Below are positions 48,944-60,613 of a stretch of 64,000 nt of DNA, piece after piece. Positions within the stretch are counted from its first letter, which is position 1, and each line of letters begins with the position of its first letter. This stretch comes from Malacoraja senta. Its lineage: Eukaryota. Under the pieces are notes generated by a model. It did not search any database. It saw only the letters and a program-made list of their open reading frames with translations, and had not been told where the DNA came from. The stretch covers positions 1-64,000 of the forward strand of contig JAXLNO010000395.1 in NCBI GenBank assembly GCA_038087875.1, in the 5' to 3' direction. The position numbers were made by a program, and so were the translations under genes.

Positions 48944-49845
48944 TGATACAAAAGTTAGTGGTTTTGCAGATAGTGAAGATGGTTGTGAACGATTGCAGCA
49001 GGATCTGGATCGATTGGCCAGGTGGGAGGAGGAATGGTTGATGGAATTTAATAGAGAAGTGTGTGGTATTGCATTTTGGGACATCGAACAAGGGCAGGAC
49101 CTACACAGTAAATGGTAGGCCTCTGGATAGTGTTATAGAGCAGTGGGATCTAGTGCAGAAGGAGTACAGGTGCATGGTTCCTTGAAAGTCAAGTCGCAGG
49201 TAGATAAGGTGGTCAAAAAGGTTTTTGGCACTTTGGCCTACATCAGTCAGAATATTGAATATAGAAGTTGGGAGGAGATGTTGCAGTTGTATAAGACATT
49301 GGTGAGACTGCATTTAGAATATTGTGTTCAGTTCTGGGCACCATGTTATAGGAAAGATATTGTCAAGTTTGAAACGGTTCAGAAAAGATTTACGAGGATG
49401 TTGCCAAGATTAGAGGGTGTGAGCTATAGGGAGAGGTTGAGTAGGCTGGGTTTCTATACCATGGAGGGCAGGAGGATGAGGGGAGATCTTAAAGAGGTAT
49501 ATAAAATCATGAGAGAAATAGATCGGGTAAATGCACATAGGGGAATCGAGAACCAGAGGACATATGTTCAAAGTGAAGGGGAAAAGATTTAATAGGAATC
49601 CGAGGGGTAACCTTTTCACACAAAGGGTGGTGGGTGTATGGAACAAGCTGCCAGAGGAGGTAGTTGAGGCTAGGACTATTCTATCATTTAAGAAACAGTT
49701 AGACAAGTATATGGATATGACAGGTTTGGAGAGATATGGACCAAGCGCAGGCAAGTGAGACCAGTGTAGCTAGGACATTGTTGGCCGGTGTGGGCGAGTT
49801 GGGCTGAAGGGCCTGTTTCCACACTGTATCACTCTATGACTCTAT
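48944..49845 (+). mobile_element. CR1 3' fragment (second subfamily) nested in CR1
   Basis: LEYCVQFWAPCYRKD..RFTRMLP..ESRTRGH..FTQRVVGVWNKLP, with a (CTCTATGA)n tail. Confidence 0.92.
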
Positions 49846-50720
49846 GTGGTTCCAGATGATTGGAAAATTGCCAATATTATCCTGCTGCACAAGAAGGGAG
49901 CAAAGCAGAATAATGGGAATAATGGGCCAGTTAGTCTGACTTTGGTGCTTGGTAAGATTTTAGAGTGTATTATAAAGGATGAGGTTACGGAGTACTTAGA
50001 AGTTCACGACAAAATTGGCCGGTCAGCATGGCTTTGTGAAGAGGAGGTCTTGCCTGACAAATTTGCTGGAATTCCTTGAAGAAGTAAATAGCAGGACAAA
50101 GGAGAATCGGTAGATGTTGTTTACCTAGATTTTCAGAAAGCCTTTAATAAGGTGCCACATGGGAGGCTGTTAAGGAAGGTGATATCCCACGGTGTCAAAG
50201 GGCAGGTACTAGCATGGATAGAAGGTTGGCTGGATGGCAGAAGCCAAAGAGTGGCAATAAAGGGGGCTTTTTCTGGTTGGCTGCCAGTGACAGTGGGATA
50301 GGTGCTGGGTAGCTGCTCTACATGTTGTATGTTAATGATTTGGACGAGGGGATTGAGGGCTTTGAGGCCAAGTTTGCGGATTATACAAAAATAGGTGGAG
50401 GGGCAGGTAGTATAGAGAAAGCAGGGATAGTGGGCAGATAAGTGGCAGATGGAATATAGTGCAGCAAAGTGTGGAGGAATAAAGGTATAGACTATTTTCT
50501 AAATAGGGAGAAAATCCAGAAATGGGAGGTGCAAAGGGACTTGGGAGTGCTGGTGCAGGATTCCCAAAAGGTTAATCTGCAAGTCGAATCGGTGGTAAAG
50601 AAAGCAAACATAATGCTAGCATTTATTTAGACAGGGCTTGTGCACGAAAATAGGGATTTCTCTATAAGGCGCTGGTCAGGCCTCATTTAGAATATTGTGA
50701 GCAATTTTGGGCACCTTATC

Positions 50721-53249
50721 CAGGGCCGGATTTACGTATAAACTAGACAAGCTTAAGCTTAGGGCCTCGAGATCTAGGGGGGCCTCGGCCCACTCCACCA
50801 AGGTGTATAAAACTTTTGACATAGTGCCGTTGTTACAATACCTACCATCGGTGGCGCTGTTTCCATGCTGCAGACTCCAACTCCCCTGAGTTTGACTGCG
50901 CTGGGTCCTAGTGCTAGCCGCCAAAACCCTGATAACCTCAGTGGCTGTTCCACTGGGTCTTCCCCATTCCTCTCAAACCATGTGACCCCAGCACTTCCCC
51001 ACCCATACTACAGTCCTCATACCCCCCTACCCCCTGACCACCCACCACCCCCCCCCCCCACCAGACATCGCCTCGGATTCAGTCCACTCACCTGCCTTCC
51101 TCCGGCCCCAACCCCCATCCCTGCCGTGTGTTTACCAACCCCCCTGACCTCCCCCTCTCAGATACTGAACAGTCTGTCCTCAGCAGAGGCCTCACCTTTG
51201 TCCCCCTCCATCCCCACCTCAATGAGTTCTGCGCCCGCCGCGATTTGGAGCTCTTCTTCCGTCGCCTCTGCCTCACACCGTTCTTCCATGGGAAAGAGTC
51301 CTCACCCCCATTGATGATCCCTTTTCCCATCTCCAACGGACCCCCTCCTCTTGGACCCCCCCTCATGGCCATCTTCCGGCTTTAGACCATTTTATTTTAA
51401 GCTGCAGGCAGGACATCAACCGCCTCATCAGTATATAATACCATGTAATTCTGTGTTCAGGGAAGTGGAGAGAGGACAGCCAAGTGTCTGTGTTGCTCAC
51501 TTGGCTGGGGTTTGTTTTCCTTGCCACTTCCATCTGCCGATAATTAGTAAAGTTTTGAATTGGTCTACCAAACTGCTTTGTGAGTTGTCTGTTTATTAAG
51601 AAGTGAACCTGTTTGTTTAGTTATGTTAGCCTTTTTCATGCAAATTTGATTCAGATTTGAATCAGGTTTTGCAATATAATTGTCAATAAGGAACAATTTT
51701 TTAAGAAATAGTTCCCAACGGGAGGCACATGCAAAAGCCACAGAAGCTATTTTGGAAAGTTACAGCGCTATCACTGATGCCCTCAGTCATTTGTACTCGG
51801 ATATTAATGTGAAGGGTGATACCAGGCTTCAAGCTAACAATCTTTTGCAGAAAATGGAAGAACTGGAATTTGTATTTTTTTGGACTCGTCTGCTAGGTCA
51901 TTTCCACAAGGTCAACAAAGCCATTCAGAAACCCAAACTGTTATTGAGTACTTGTGCAAGTTTGTACAGTTCACTTCAGGATTTTGTAAGCAAAATTAGA
52001 GAAGATTTTGATGAGCTTGAGCTACAAGCAAAGGCCACCTTGCCAGATGTTAACTACAGAACTGTCACAGGGAGACAAAGAGTAAGGAAATGGCAAGGAA
52101 ATGATGGAAGTGCACCTGGTCCTGATGCTTTAGATAAACTCTCTTCAAGAGATAAGTTTAGGATAAAATCCTTTATTCCTATATGAGATGCACTTGAATT
52201 AAAATTTAAAAAGAAGAGGTACTTTGTACAGTGAAGTTGCACAACAGTTTTCCTTTCTTGCTAATCTGACTGCATCTAAGCAAGAAATTCAGCAAGGTGT
52301 TGAACTGTTGATGGAAGCATACCCAGAAGATGTTGACCTGAAACTTACTGATGAACTTTTGCACTTTCACTCGTACGTGAGACAAAGCCATAGGCATACA
52401 GAAGAGCACTCTCTGTCTCATACAGACCTTTATCAAATAATATAGAAGGAAACAATTCAGATGGCCTTCCCTAATGTGGATGCAATCTTGCGGCTGTTTC
52501 TTAGCTTAATAGTCACCAACTGCTCGGGAGAGAGGTCTTTTTCAAGACTCAAAAGAATTAAAAATGAATTAAGGTCCACAATGTCTCCAGAGAGGTTGTC
52601 TGCACTGAGCATTCTGTGCATTGAGAGTGACAAATGTAGACAAACAGATCTTGGTGAACTACTGGATGATTTTGCTCTGAAGAAGGTGAGAAAAAAACAT
52701 TTTTGCTCTTAGTGTATTTGTAGTTTCTTTATTTCTTAATATTCAAGTTTCAATTCAAGAGACACTTATTGTCACATGCACCAATTGGTGCAATGAAATT
52801 TGGGGGTCACCATCCGACGTCGGAACGGGTAACATTTTCAGCGGCTTGGACTTCCGAATCGGCCACTTCCTACCGGAAACCGCGGCTCCCGAAGTCCACA
52901 GGTTGAGCTGGGTGGAGATTCATGCTGGCGGCCCTCAGCAAAGGGATGTTGAAATCAGCGCGGCCCGAGGCTGGGAGCTCCGCAAACCACAGCTCCATGA
53001 TGTTGAAGCAGCAGGCCCAACACTCCAGAGCTTCAAACGGCGATCCAGGTAAGGCATCGCCCGTTCCGCGGTGAATCCAATACGTATTTTAAAACCAACT
53101 GTTTAATGACAACATACAGTAGGATCTAAAAGTGTCACACTGTCACTGTAGGGTAGTCATGGTCCTCTAGTCATGGGGGTGGGGAATTGGGAGGGGGGGC
53201 CTCATAAGTGAAATAGCTTAGGGTCTCTCTTCATCTAAATCCGGCCCTG
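50721..53249 (+). mobile_element. hAT DNA transposon (Tip100/ZMYM1-like), internally deleted
   Basis: Perfect 14-bp TIRs CAGGGCCGGATTTA / TAAATCCGGCCCTG; perfect 8-bp TSD ACCTTATC; C-terminal transposase FPNVDAILRLFLSLIVTNCSGERSFSRLKRIKNELRSTM..RLSALSILCIES. Confidence 0.96.
50860..51430 (+). mobile_element. Penelope-like element N-terminal fragment inside the hAT
   Basis: VFTNPPDLPLSDTEQSVLSRGLTFVP..RRDLELFFRRL is a typical PLE N-terminal motif (L..GL.F.P). Confidence 0.8.
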
Positions 53250-54104
53250 ACCTTATCTGAGGAATGGTGTTGTGGCTCTGGGGAGGGTCCAGACGATGGT
53301 TATAAGAATCATCCAAGGAATGAGTAGGTTAACATATGATGAGCGTTTGACGGCGCTGGGCCTGTGTTCGCTGGAGTTTAGAAGAATGATGGGGGACCTC
53401 ATTGAAATGTACAAAATAGTGAAAGGCTTGGATAGAGTGGATGTGGAGAGGATGTTTCCACTAGTGGAAGAGTCCGGGACTAGAGGCCATAGCCTTTTAA
53501 TTAAAGCACATTCTTTTCGGAAGGAGATGAGGAGAAATTTATTTAGTCAGAGGGTAAAATAAGAGAAATGAAGAATGTGAAAATTATTGGAAGAGTAGTT
53601 TACTTTAAATGATCATTAGTTCCATGCAAAGAACAATAATTCCTGGAACATTCATTTGCATGTCATATTTAAATATAATCAACATCTTGTGGAAAAAACC
53701 TCTCAGTTTAAAAATTCTGTTACTTAACAACCATAATACTTGATAAAATACTGAATTATAGGGCACAAAGGAATTTGGAGCAAACCAAATCAAATGCCCA
53801 AGTAGTTTAACTTTCCTCAGTGCTGGTATTGGGAGATGGAAAAAATATAACTATATTGAGACCTTAACAAATGAATCATAATGTTATTGAAATCTATCAT
53901 TGTTATTAGAACATGTTAATGGTGACAATTGTCAAGCAATTATTTCTTGATTACAATTAAAACACAAAGTACTTGTGCTATAACTCTAGGATGCGCTCAA
54001 CTAAGAAAACCAGGCCTTAAACCAAAATTATCTAACTAAATACAGCAACTTACAATAAATGACTCCATATACAAAAAAAAACCAGGTACCTACATATTAA
54101 TTCT

Positions 54105-54680
54105 CTTTTTTTTTTTAAACCAATCATGTAGATGCAAGTATATCATTGGGGTTATCAAGTGGGCACCTCCCTTCATTGTTAAGTTAGGCCCACAACACCT
54201 CGGGATGGCTCAACAGTTTGTTTTGGCATCCCACAACCCCCCCCCACAAAACAACCCCCCCCCCACTGCAACCCCCCCCCCCACAACAACCCCAACCCCC
54301 CACAGCAACCACCCCCCCACACAACAACACCCCCCGACAACAACCCCACGGCACCACGTTCTATAAAATACACTATCCGCTGACTAACTGACCATAACAC
54401 TATATCAGGCCTCAAACTAGTAGTAATTATTTCCTGCGGAACAACAAGCTTTCCTCCTAAATCTATCTGAATCTCCTAATCATTGGCTCCCCGTACCTGG
54501 CCTTACTCATACCTATCATACCGGCGACCCACCGTGATGCTCTAATCACTCGCTCCATCGCCATTGAAAACGCTAATGGGGAAATAGTACACCCTGCCGT
54601 AATACCCATCTCTAGTCTCTGCCATGCTGTCGTAAAGTCTGCTGTACTAAAGCACATTCGGACATCTTGGAAACCCCCTA
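54105..54680 (-). mobile_element. RLE-type non-LTR retrotransposon (HERO/R2-like), highly deleted
   Basis: RT fragment WQRLEMGITAGCTISPLAFSMAME, restriction-like endonuclease RPDIVLWS..IVYFIE, and a poly(A) tail at about 54105-54116. Confidence 0.8.
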
Positions 54681-54744
54681 TCAATCTGAAGAAGGGTTTC
54701 TGCCTGAAACGTTGCCTATCTCCTTCGCTCCATAGATGCTGCTG

Positions 54745-56915
54745 ATTAGTCCTGAAGTGTACGGCACACTCGTGAATCTCCTTGCACCCATAAAGGCAAA
54801 AGACGTGCTATTCAATGACATTATAAAGAAGTTGGAGGAGCACTTCAACCCAAAGCCTCTGGAAATTGCAGAAAGCTATAAATTTGGCACTAGAAACCAG
54901 AAGCAGAATGAGACAATCAATGAGTACATTGTTGCCTTGAAAAACTTAACACTGTAACTTTGGAACCTTTCTTGGACGAGCACTACAACAGTTTTGTTTG
55001 TGGTCTAGTGGATGAACAAATTCAGTCCAAACTGATGAACACTCCAGATCTCACATTCGAGAAAGCATGCAAGATTGCTATCACAATGGAATGGCATCAA
55101 AGAATGCTCGCCAGTTTCATCCACCACGAACTGCAGTGGCCGTTTACAGTCACAAGGCAGTGCCTATGGCCAAACCTAGAGGCGCTAAACCAAAACCGAA
55201 GTATGGCGGGGAGCCAAGTTCAGCCAGTTGTTATCATTGCAATGGGAATCACTCACCCCAATTTTATCAGTTCAAAATGGCCAAGTGCTATAACTGCCAG
55301 AAGAAAGGCCAAATCGCCTCAGCATGTCGGGCCAACTTAAAACAGGAAACCAACAATTTGCGGGAATCAAGCAACAACACCGGAGAGGAGTTCACAACTT
55401 GGAGATGAACCCAGATGTAAATGAACTTGGGTTGTACACCATTTATGCAACCAACATCGATAAGCCTACAACCATCCAAGGCATGGACTTTCGAACGAAA
55501 CTATTGATTAATGAACAGTTAATCGATATGTTTATTGACACGGCAGCAGATTGTTCGGTCATGAGCAAAGACCTGTATGAAACAAAGTTCCCACAGATAC
55601 CATTGTTTGAGAGTAAGGTCAAGCTGAGAACCTACTTGGGCAAAGTTTTGGAGACTTGTGGACAAATGAACTGTAAAGTTCAGCATAATGGTCAGTCAGT
55701 AACACTGCCCATCATAGTAGCCAGCTACAGAAATAAACCAACCCTCTTTGGAAAGGATTGGCTGAGTAGAATAGAATTAGACTGGAAGAACATTTTCAGC
55801 GTCGATTTGTCCAAATCACGTCTTGAGAACGTCATAAGCAAACATGCAAACATTTTTGCTGACAGTTACACGGGAATAACAGGGTACTCTGCACACATTC
55901 GACTTAAGTAAGATGTGAGACCTGTGTATTGTCCACCAAGACCTGTACCACATGCACTAAAGCAACAAGTGGAGGTAGAACTCGACAGATTAGAACGGGA
56001 TGGAGTACTCTTGAAGACAGTCCAGAGTAACTGGGCAACGCCAATTGTGGCCGTACCCAAGGCCGACAAAACTGTTAGACTATGTGGTGATTACAAAGTC
56101 ACTATCAACCAAGCCGTTACCATGACGAACAATATCCGTTACCAACCTCGCAAGATCTGTACCCAGAACTTAGCGGAGCAAGAGTCTTCACTAAACTGGA
56201 TTTGTCTCACGCTTATGCCCAACTCAATGTCGATAAGGAAAGTCAGCAGTACTTGACTATCAACATACATAAGGGCTTGTATTCATATACAAAGCTGTCC
56301 TATGGTGTGAAATCCTCCACGAAAATTTTTCAGTCTGTCATGGACCAAATATTACAAGGCATTCCACACTGTGTGTGCAACCAGGATGACCTACTGATAT
56401 TCACAGAGGGCATGGTAGAACATCTGGAAATCCTCGAACAAGTTCTCACACGACTGAACTGCCACAATGTCAAACTGCATCGAAGTAAATGTGCATTTGC
56501 ACAGTCAGAGGTGGTCTACCTTGGACTCAAAGTAGACGCCAACGGACTTCGCCCTGTGAGGCAAAAGTTGAAGCAATAGTGAATGCTCCAAAACCCAACA
56601 ATGTGTCAGAGCTACGATCATTCCTTGGTATGGTGCAGTTCTATGCACGATTCCTTCCAGATTAAGCAACTGTGCTAAAGCCACTTCATCATCTGCTACA
56701 AAAAGATGTGAAATGGATGTGGGGAAAGGAACAGCAATGTGCATTTGACATCTGCAAGGAAAACTTGACAAGTGACAAACTTCTTGTTCACTATGATACG
56801 ACACGCGAGATGAAACTTGCTTGTAATGCTTCAAGTTATGGTTTAGGTGCAGTGATCTCCCACGTAATGAATGACGGACAGGAAAAGCCTATTGCTTTTG
56901 CATCCCGCACCCTCC
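54745..56915 (+). mobile_element. Gypsy (Mag-like) gag-pro-RT-RNaseH fragment, no LTRs or integrase
   Basis: FGTRNQKQNETINEYIVALK, two CCHC-like knuckles, protease IDTAADCSVM, RT WATPIVAVPK..VRLCGDYK..QDDLLI, RNase H LACNASSYGLGAVISH..PIAFASRTL. Confidence 0.93.
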
Positions 56916-57740
56916 GTAAGCATGTAAAGTGGAGGAGTCTTTTTTCATGAGCTCAGTGGTTCTTATCTTGTTGAACATTTTGAGTGACATGACGTTCACG
57001 CGGGCTTTGGCGATCAGTAGTTTGTTATTGATTATCATGGTCACAGCAGGATCAATCACTTTGCCTGGGGTGCGCAGGTTTAGGGAAAGTACGGTAGGCT
57101 CAGTGTCTGTGCTATCAGAGTCATTCCCGTGGGAAGATTCGTCTTGTTCATGGGAATCAGAAGGGTCTTGTTGAATCGGTGCAGCTTCATCCTTGCAGCT
57201 GTACTCCCACTGGATCAACAACAATTAGCAAAGTGGTTGAGCTTTTTGCAATTGTGACATACTTTCCCATGGGCTACGCAAATTTGGCACCCCCTGGGGT
57301 GGAAATAGTTACAGTTTGTGCACCTCGTGTTAGGCATGTTCTGAGCTTTGCTGGACGCATTGAGAAATCTTTGCTGAGAGTAACTAGCCAAATACACATT
57401 CAACTGTTGATTAGCATTCGCGCTATCAAAATCAGCCAGTGGTGCCACAGTCTCAGCCATCCTACAAGCATGAATTGCTAGCTCTAAAGTCAGTTCTCCA
57501 TTCCACAGCATGTTCGGCTCACAGCTTGCGGTCGTTCATTCCTCCCACAAATTTATCACGAACTAGCTCATTTGTCAACTCACCCATATCTGCATCGAGA
57601 GCTGATGTGTCTCAGGTCACTGATGAATCGTTCAACAGGCTCGTCAGCCTGTTGCTTCCGAGCAAAAAATCTTGTTCTCTCAAGGATTCTGTTAGACGGC
57701 AGGTCACACAGTTCTGTAAACTTCCTCAGCAACACCATAG
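56910..57740 (-). mobile_element. Second Gypsy (Mag-like) gag/protease fragment in inverted orientation
   Basis: ERTRFFARKQQADEPVERFISDLR..C.YG, LTLELAIHACRMAE, CTNCNYFH..C.AHGKVCHNCKKLNHFANCC, ARVNVMS..LHAYGG. Confidence 0.88.
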
Positions 57741-57916
57741 AGTTTTTTTTTGTTTTGTTTATTTTATTAGAAGTTAATACAATACAAAACAATACAGTGG
57801 TACCTAATTTTGGGTGCCAACTATGTCATAACGTAATGCATTCTATGTACAACCTCTAGTTTTATGTTTTTGAAAAGGAGGTAAAATTTTTTTTTAAAAA
57901 GAAAGAGAAAAAAAAG
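57741..57916 (-). mobile_element. Probable L1-type 3' end with polyadenylation signal and poly(A), minus strand
   Basis: The reverse complement ends CTTCTAATAAAATAAACAAAACAAAAAAAAA. Confidence 0.5.
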
Positions 57917-58110
57917 ACTTCCGGTGGCTGCTATGAAGCAGTAAGACAGCTGCACAGAGCTCTGCTCCCGACAAATCGTGTATAAACTCGGTTCCTACGC
58001 CAGGATCGATTTAAAAACTCTTACCGGGATTGCTGAACCTCGTGGGTATTGATGTCATTAGACGGTGCCGGTGGAATCGGGATTTAAACGATTTTACCGG
58101 TAAAAATCGG

Positions 58111-59223
58111 ATGAAAAAGGGAAGAGGTCAGAGAGGACACAAGAAGACTACAATCAGTCTCCAGCTCCAGCTCCAAAAAGCTCTGGATGAGCTTGAAACC
58201 ACTCCTGAATCTACCTTTGAAAGTTTGGAAGAGGAGCTGGAATCTCAACATCCAACAGTCGAAATGGCTGCACGAGCTGAAACAAAAGAGTTAAAAGAAA
58301 GGGAGAAAGAAATGAAAAGCTGGGAAGAATCGGTAAGAGTTAATATTACTAAAGACATTACTAAAGATCTTCAGAAGCAATTTGCTAAAATGTATTCTAC
58401 AATGCAGAACAATTTTTCTTCAATGGAAGATAATCTCTCTAAGAAAATTGACACTAGCTGTGGAGAATTAAAGGAAATTTACGTATCCCTGAACCAGCAG
58501 TTCAAAGATTTGGAGTCGAGGACTGCTAAGGAATTGGAAAGAATGCAGAGAGATTATAACAATAAACATGACTCCCTGCTGAAGCAATTACCAAACACGG
58601 AAAAATTGATGGAAGAGATGGAGGGTGAAATGCAGCAGATGGGCCAGGAAATAACAGGTTTGAAAAAAGAACACGACGCGAATTGGGAGCTGACGAATAA
58701 ACTGAATGAGAAATGTCAAGATTTGGAAGCCAGGTCAAGGAGGCAGAATTTGAGAATAATAGGAGTTAAAGAGTAGGCATAGCACGGCTCTGAAATGGGT
58801 GATTTTATCACTAATTTACTTAAAGATGTTTTCAAACTGCCAGAAAAACCAAAGATAGATGTGGCTCATCGTGTTGGTCGCTTCCAAAGAGGAGCGAATG
58901 CTCCACCACGTCAAATTATCGTAAAGTTCTTAGACATTTCGACTTTGGAAAATTTATTAAAGAAAATATCTTATGGAGAAAATCTTACATTCGCTGATAT
59001 TGTTAGATTTTACAGAGACTACCCTCGGGAAATACTGGCAAAAAGACGCCAGTTTAAAAGTGCAAGTAGTATCTTACAAGGACATTCTGAAGTTCGTTAT
59101 GGTGTTATCTACCCTGCTAAAATGTTAATTACGTACAATGCTAAGCAACGTTCATTCACGGATCCGGATTCAGCTTGCAAATATGCCCAGGAGATTTTAA
59201 ATAAAATTCAAGGAAAAGAATAA
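58111..59223 (+). pseudogene. L1 ORF1p (coiled coil, RRM, CTD) with two in-frame stops near 58774-58782
   Basis: Coiled coil, then DLEARSRRQNLRIIGVKE, IDVAHRVG..PRQIIVKF, FYRDYPREILAKRRQF..YPAKM; both ORF pieces are in the same frame. Confidence 0.92.
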
Positions 59224-59589
59224 CGTGACACTACGCCGGCTGAACTTGTTTTTTACTTTGTTTAGACGGTTTTCAGACATACTTATTTGGCCAGAACGTG
59301 TTTTTTAATAACAGAGTCCTAACTTTATCTTGAATTGAAAAACTGAGGCTCAACAGATGGAATGTTCAAGGTCGCAGGCTCTGCGCCAAGTTTTTCAGCC
59401 CTGAGTTTTATTGACTGTTCTTTTTTGAATTTATAACAGTCTTGTTGGTTTGCCTTTGTTTTAGTACTATATGATCTATTATTTAGATATACAGCATATA
59501 ACTAACTAACTAATTAATTATATATATGCAATAAACTCAATTAACCCTAAAGGTTTAATGTATTATACTAACATGACTAACTATATAGT

Positions 59590-60055
59590 AGGAAGGTACA
59601 CAAAAATGCTGGAGAAACTCAGCGGGTGCAGCAGCATCTATGGAGCGAAGGAAATAGGTAACGTTTCGGGCCGAAACCCTTCTTCAGACTGATAGGGGGT
59701 GGGGAGAAGAAAGGAAATAAGGAAAAAGGCGGAGGAGGAGCCCGAGGGCTGGGGGAGGGGAGGAGACAACCAGATGGCTGATGAAGGGGAGGGGACAGCA
59801 AGGGCTAGCAGAATTGGGAGAATTCAATGTTCAAGCCCCCAGGATGTAGACTGCCCAAGCGGAATATGAGGTGCATTTCCTCCAATTTACGGTGTTGCTC
59901 GCTGTGGCCATGGAGGAGACCCAGGACAGAGAGGTCAGATACGGAATGGGAGGGGGAGTTGAAGTGCTGAGCCACCGGGAGTTCAGGTTGGTTATTGCGG
60001 ACCGACCGGAGGTGTTCGGCGAAACGATCGCCAAGCCTCCGCTTGGTCTCACCGA
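59590..60055 (-). mobile_element. Penelope 3' fragment with hammerhead-like pLTR, inserted in the L1 inter-ORF spacer
   Basis: Reverse complement GGTGAGACCAAGCGGAGGCTTGGCGATCGTTTCGCCGAACAC (GETKRRLGDRFAEH) and CTGAAGAAGGGTTTCGGCCCGAAACGTT. Confidence 0.9.
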
Positions 60056-60613
60056 CTTGGTTTTAGTAGGAAGGATGGGGGAGGTTAGACAGATATTCTA
60101 AATACTAATTACGAATCAACTAACATACAGGCTAATGAAAAGTCTGATTAATGACGATAATAATTCTATTTTATTTTATTGTAAATCTTCTAGCATTTCT
60201 TCTATTTTATTTTAAATTTTTTGGCTATTAATCGACCTGACACGATAATTTTGGTTATAAGTGGAGGAAACCAAGTTGGATGATATTTTACTAGGGGGAC
60301 AAAGCCCAGTGCATAATTCCATCGACGGAGGTCAATTTAAAACAAATCTTAGCCACCATAGGTGGCTTTTTTGTAAGATATCGCTTTTTTGATAACTTAC
60401 TTTCACTTTTTTTGTTTATTCACTATTATGCGTTGTATGATTTAACAATCTTTATGAACACTTCATTTTATGTTTTTCTTTTTCCCTTAATTATGTTTAA
60501 TAGTGTCAGGAGATGTAAAGCTAGTGCAGAAATTATGAAGGACAACCCTGGACTCAGGATTTCGAGGTACTTGGCTGCATCACATGAATTATACATTCTG
60601 GTAATAATAGCCA

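Larger units (their letters stand above)
48430..53535 (+). mobile_element. CR1 LINE (host), interrupted by a second CR1 (48944-49845) and a hAT element (50721-53249)
   Basis: LKVDKSPGPDELHP..IFQESLE | VPDDWKIANI..PVSLT is continuous across the first insertion. [10 protein letters not shown] is continuous across the hAT. Confidence 0.9.
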
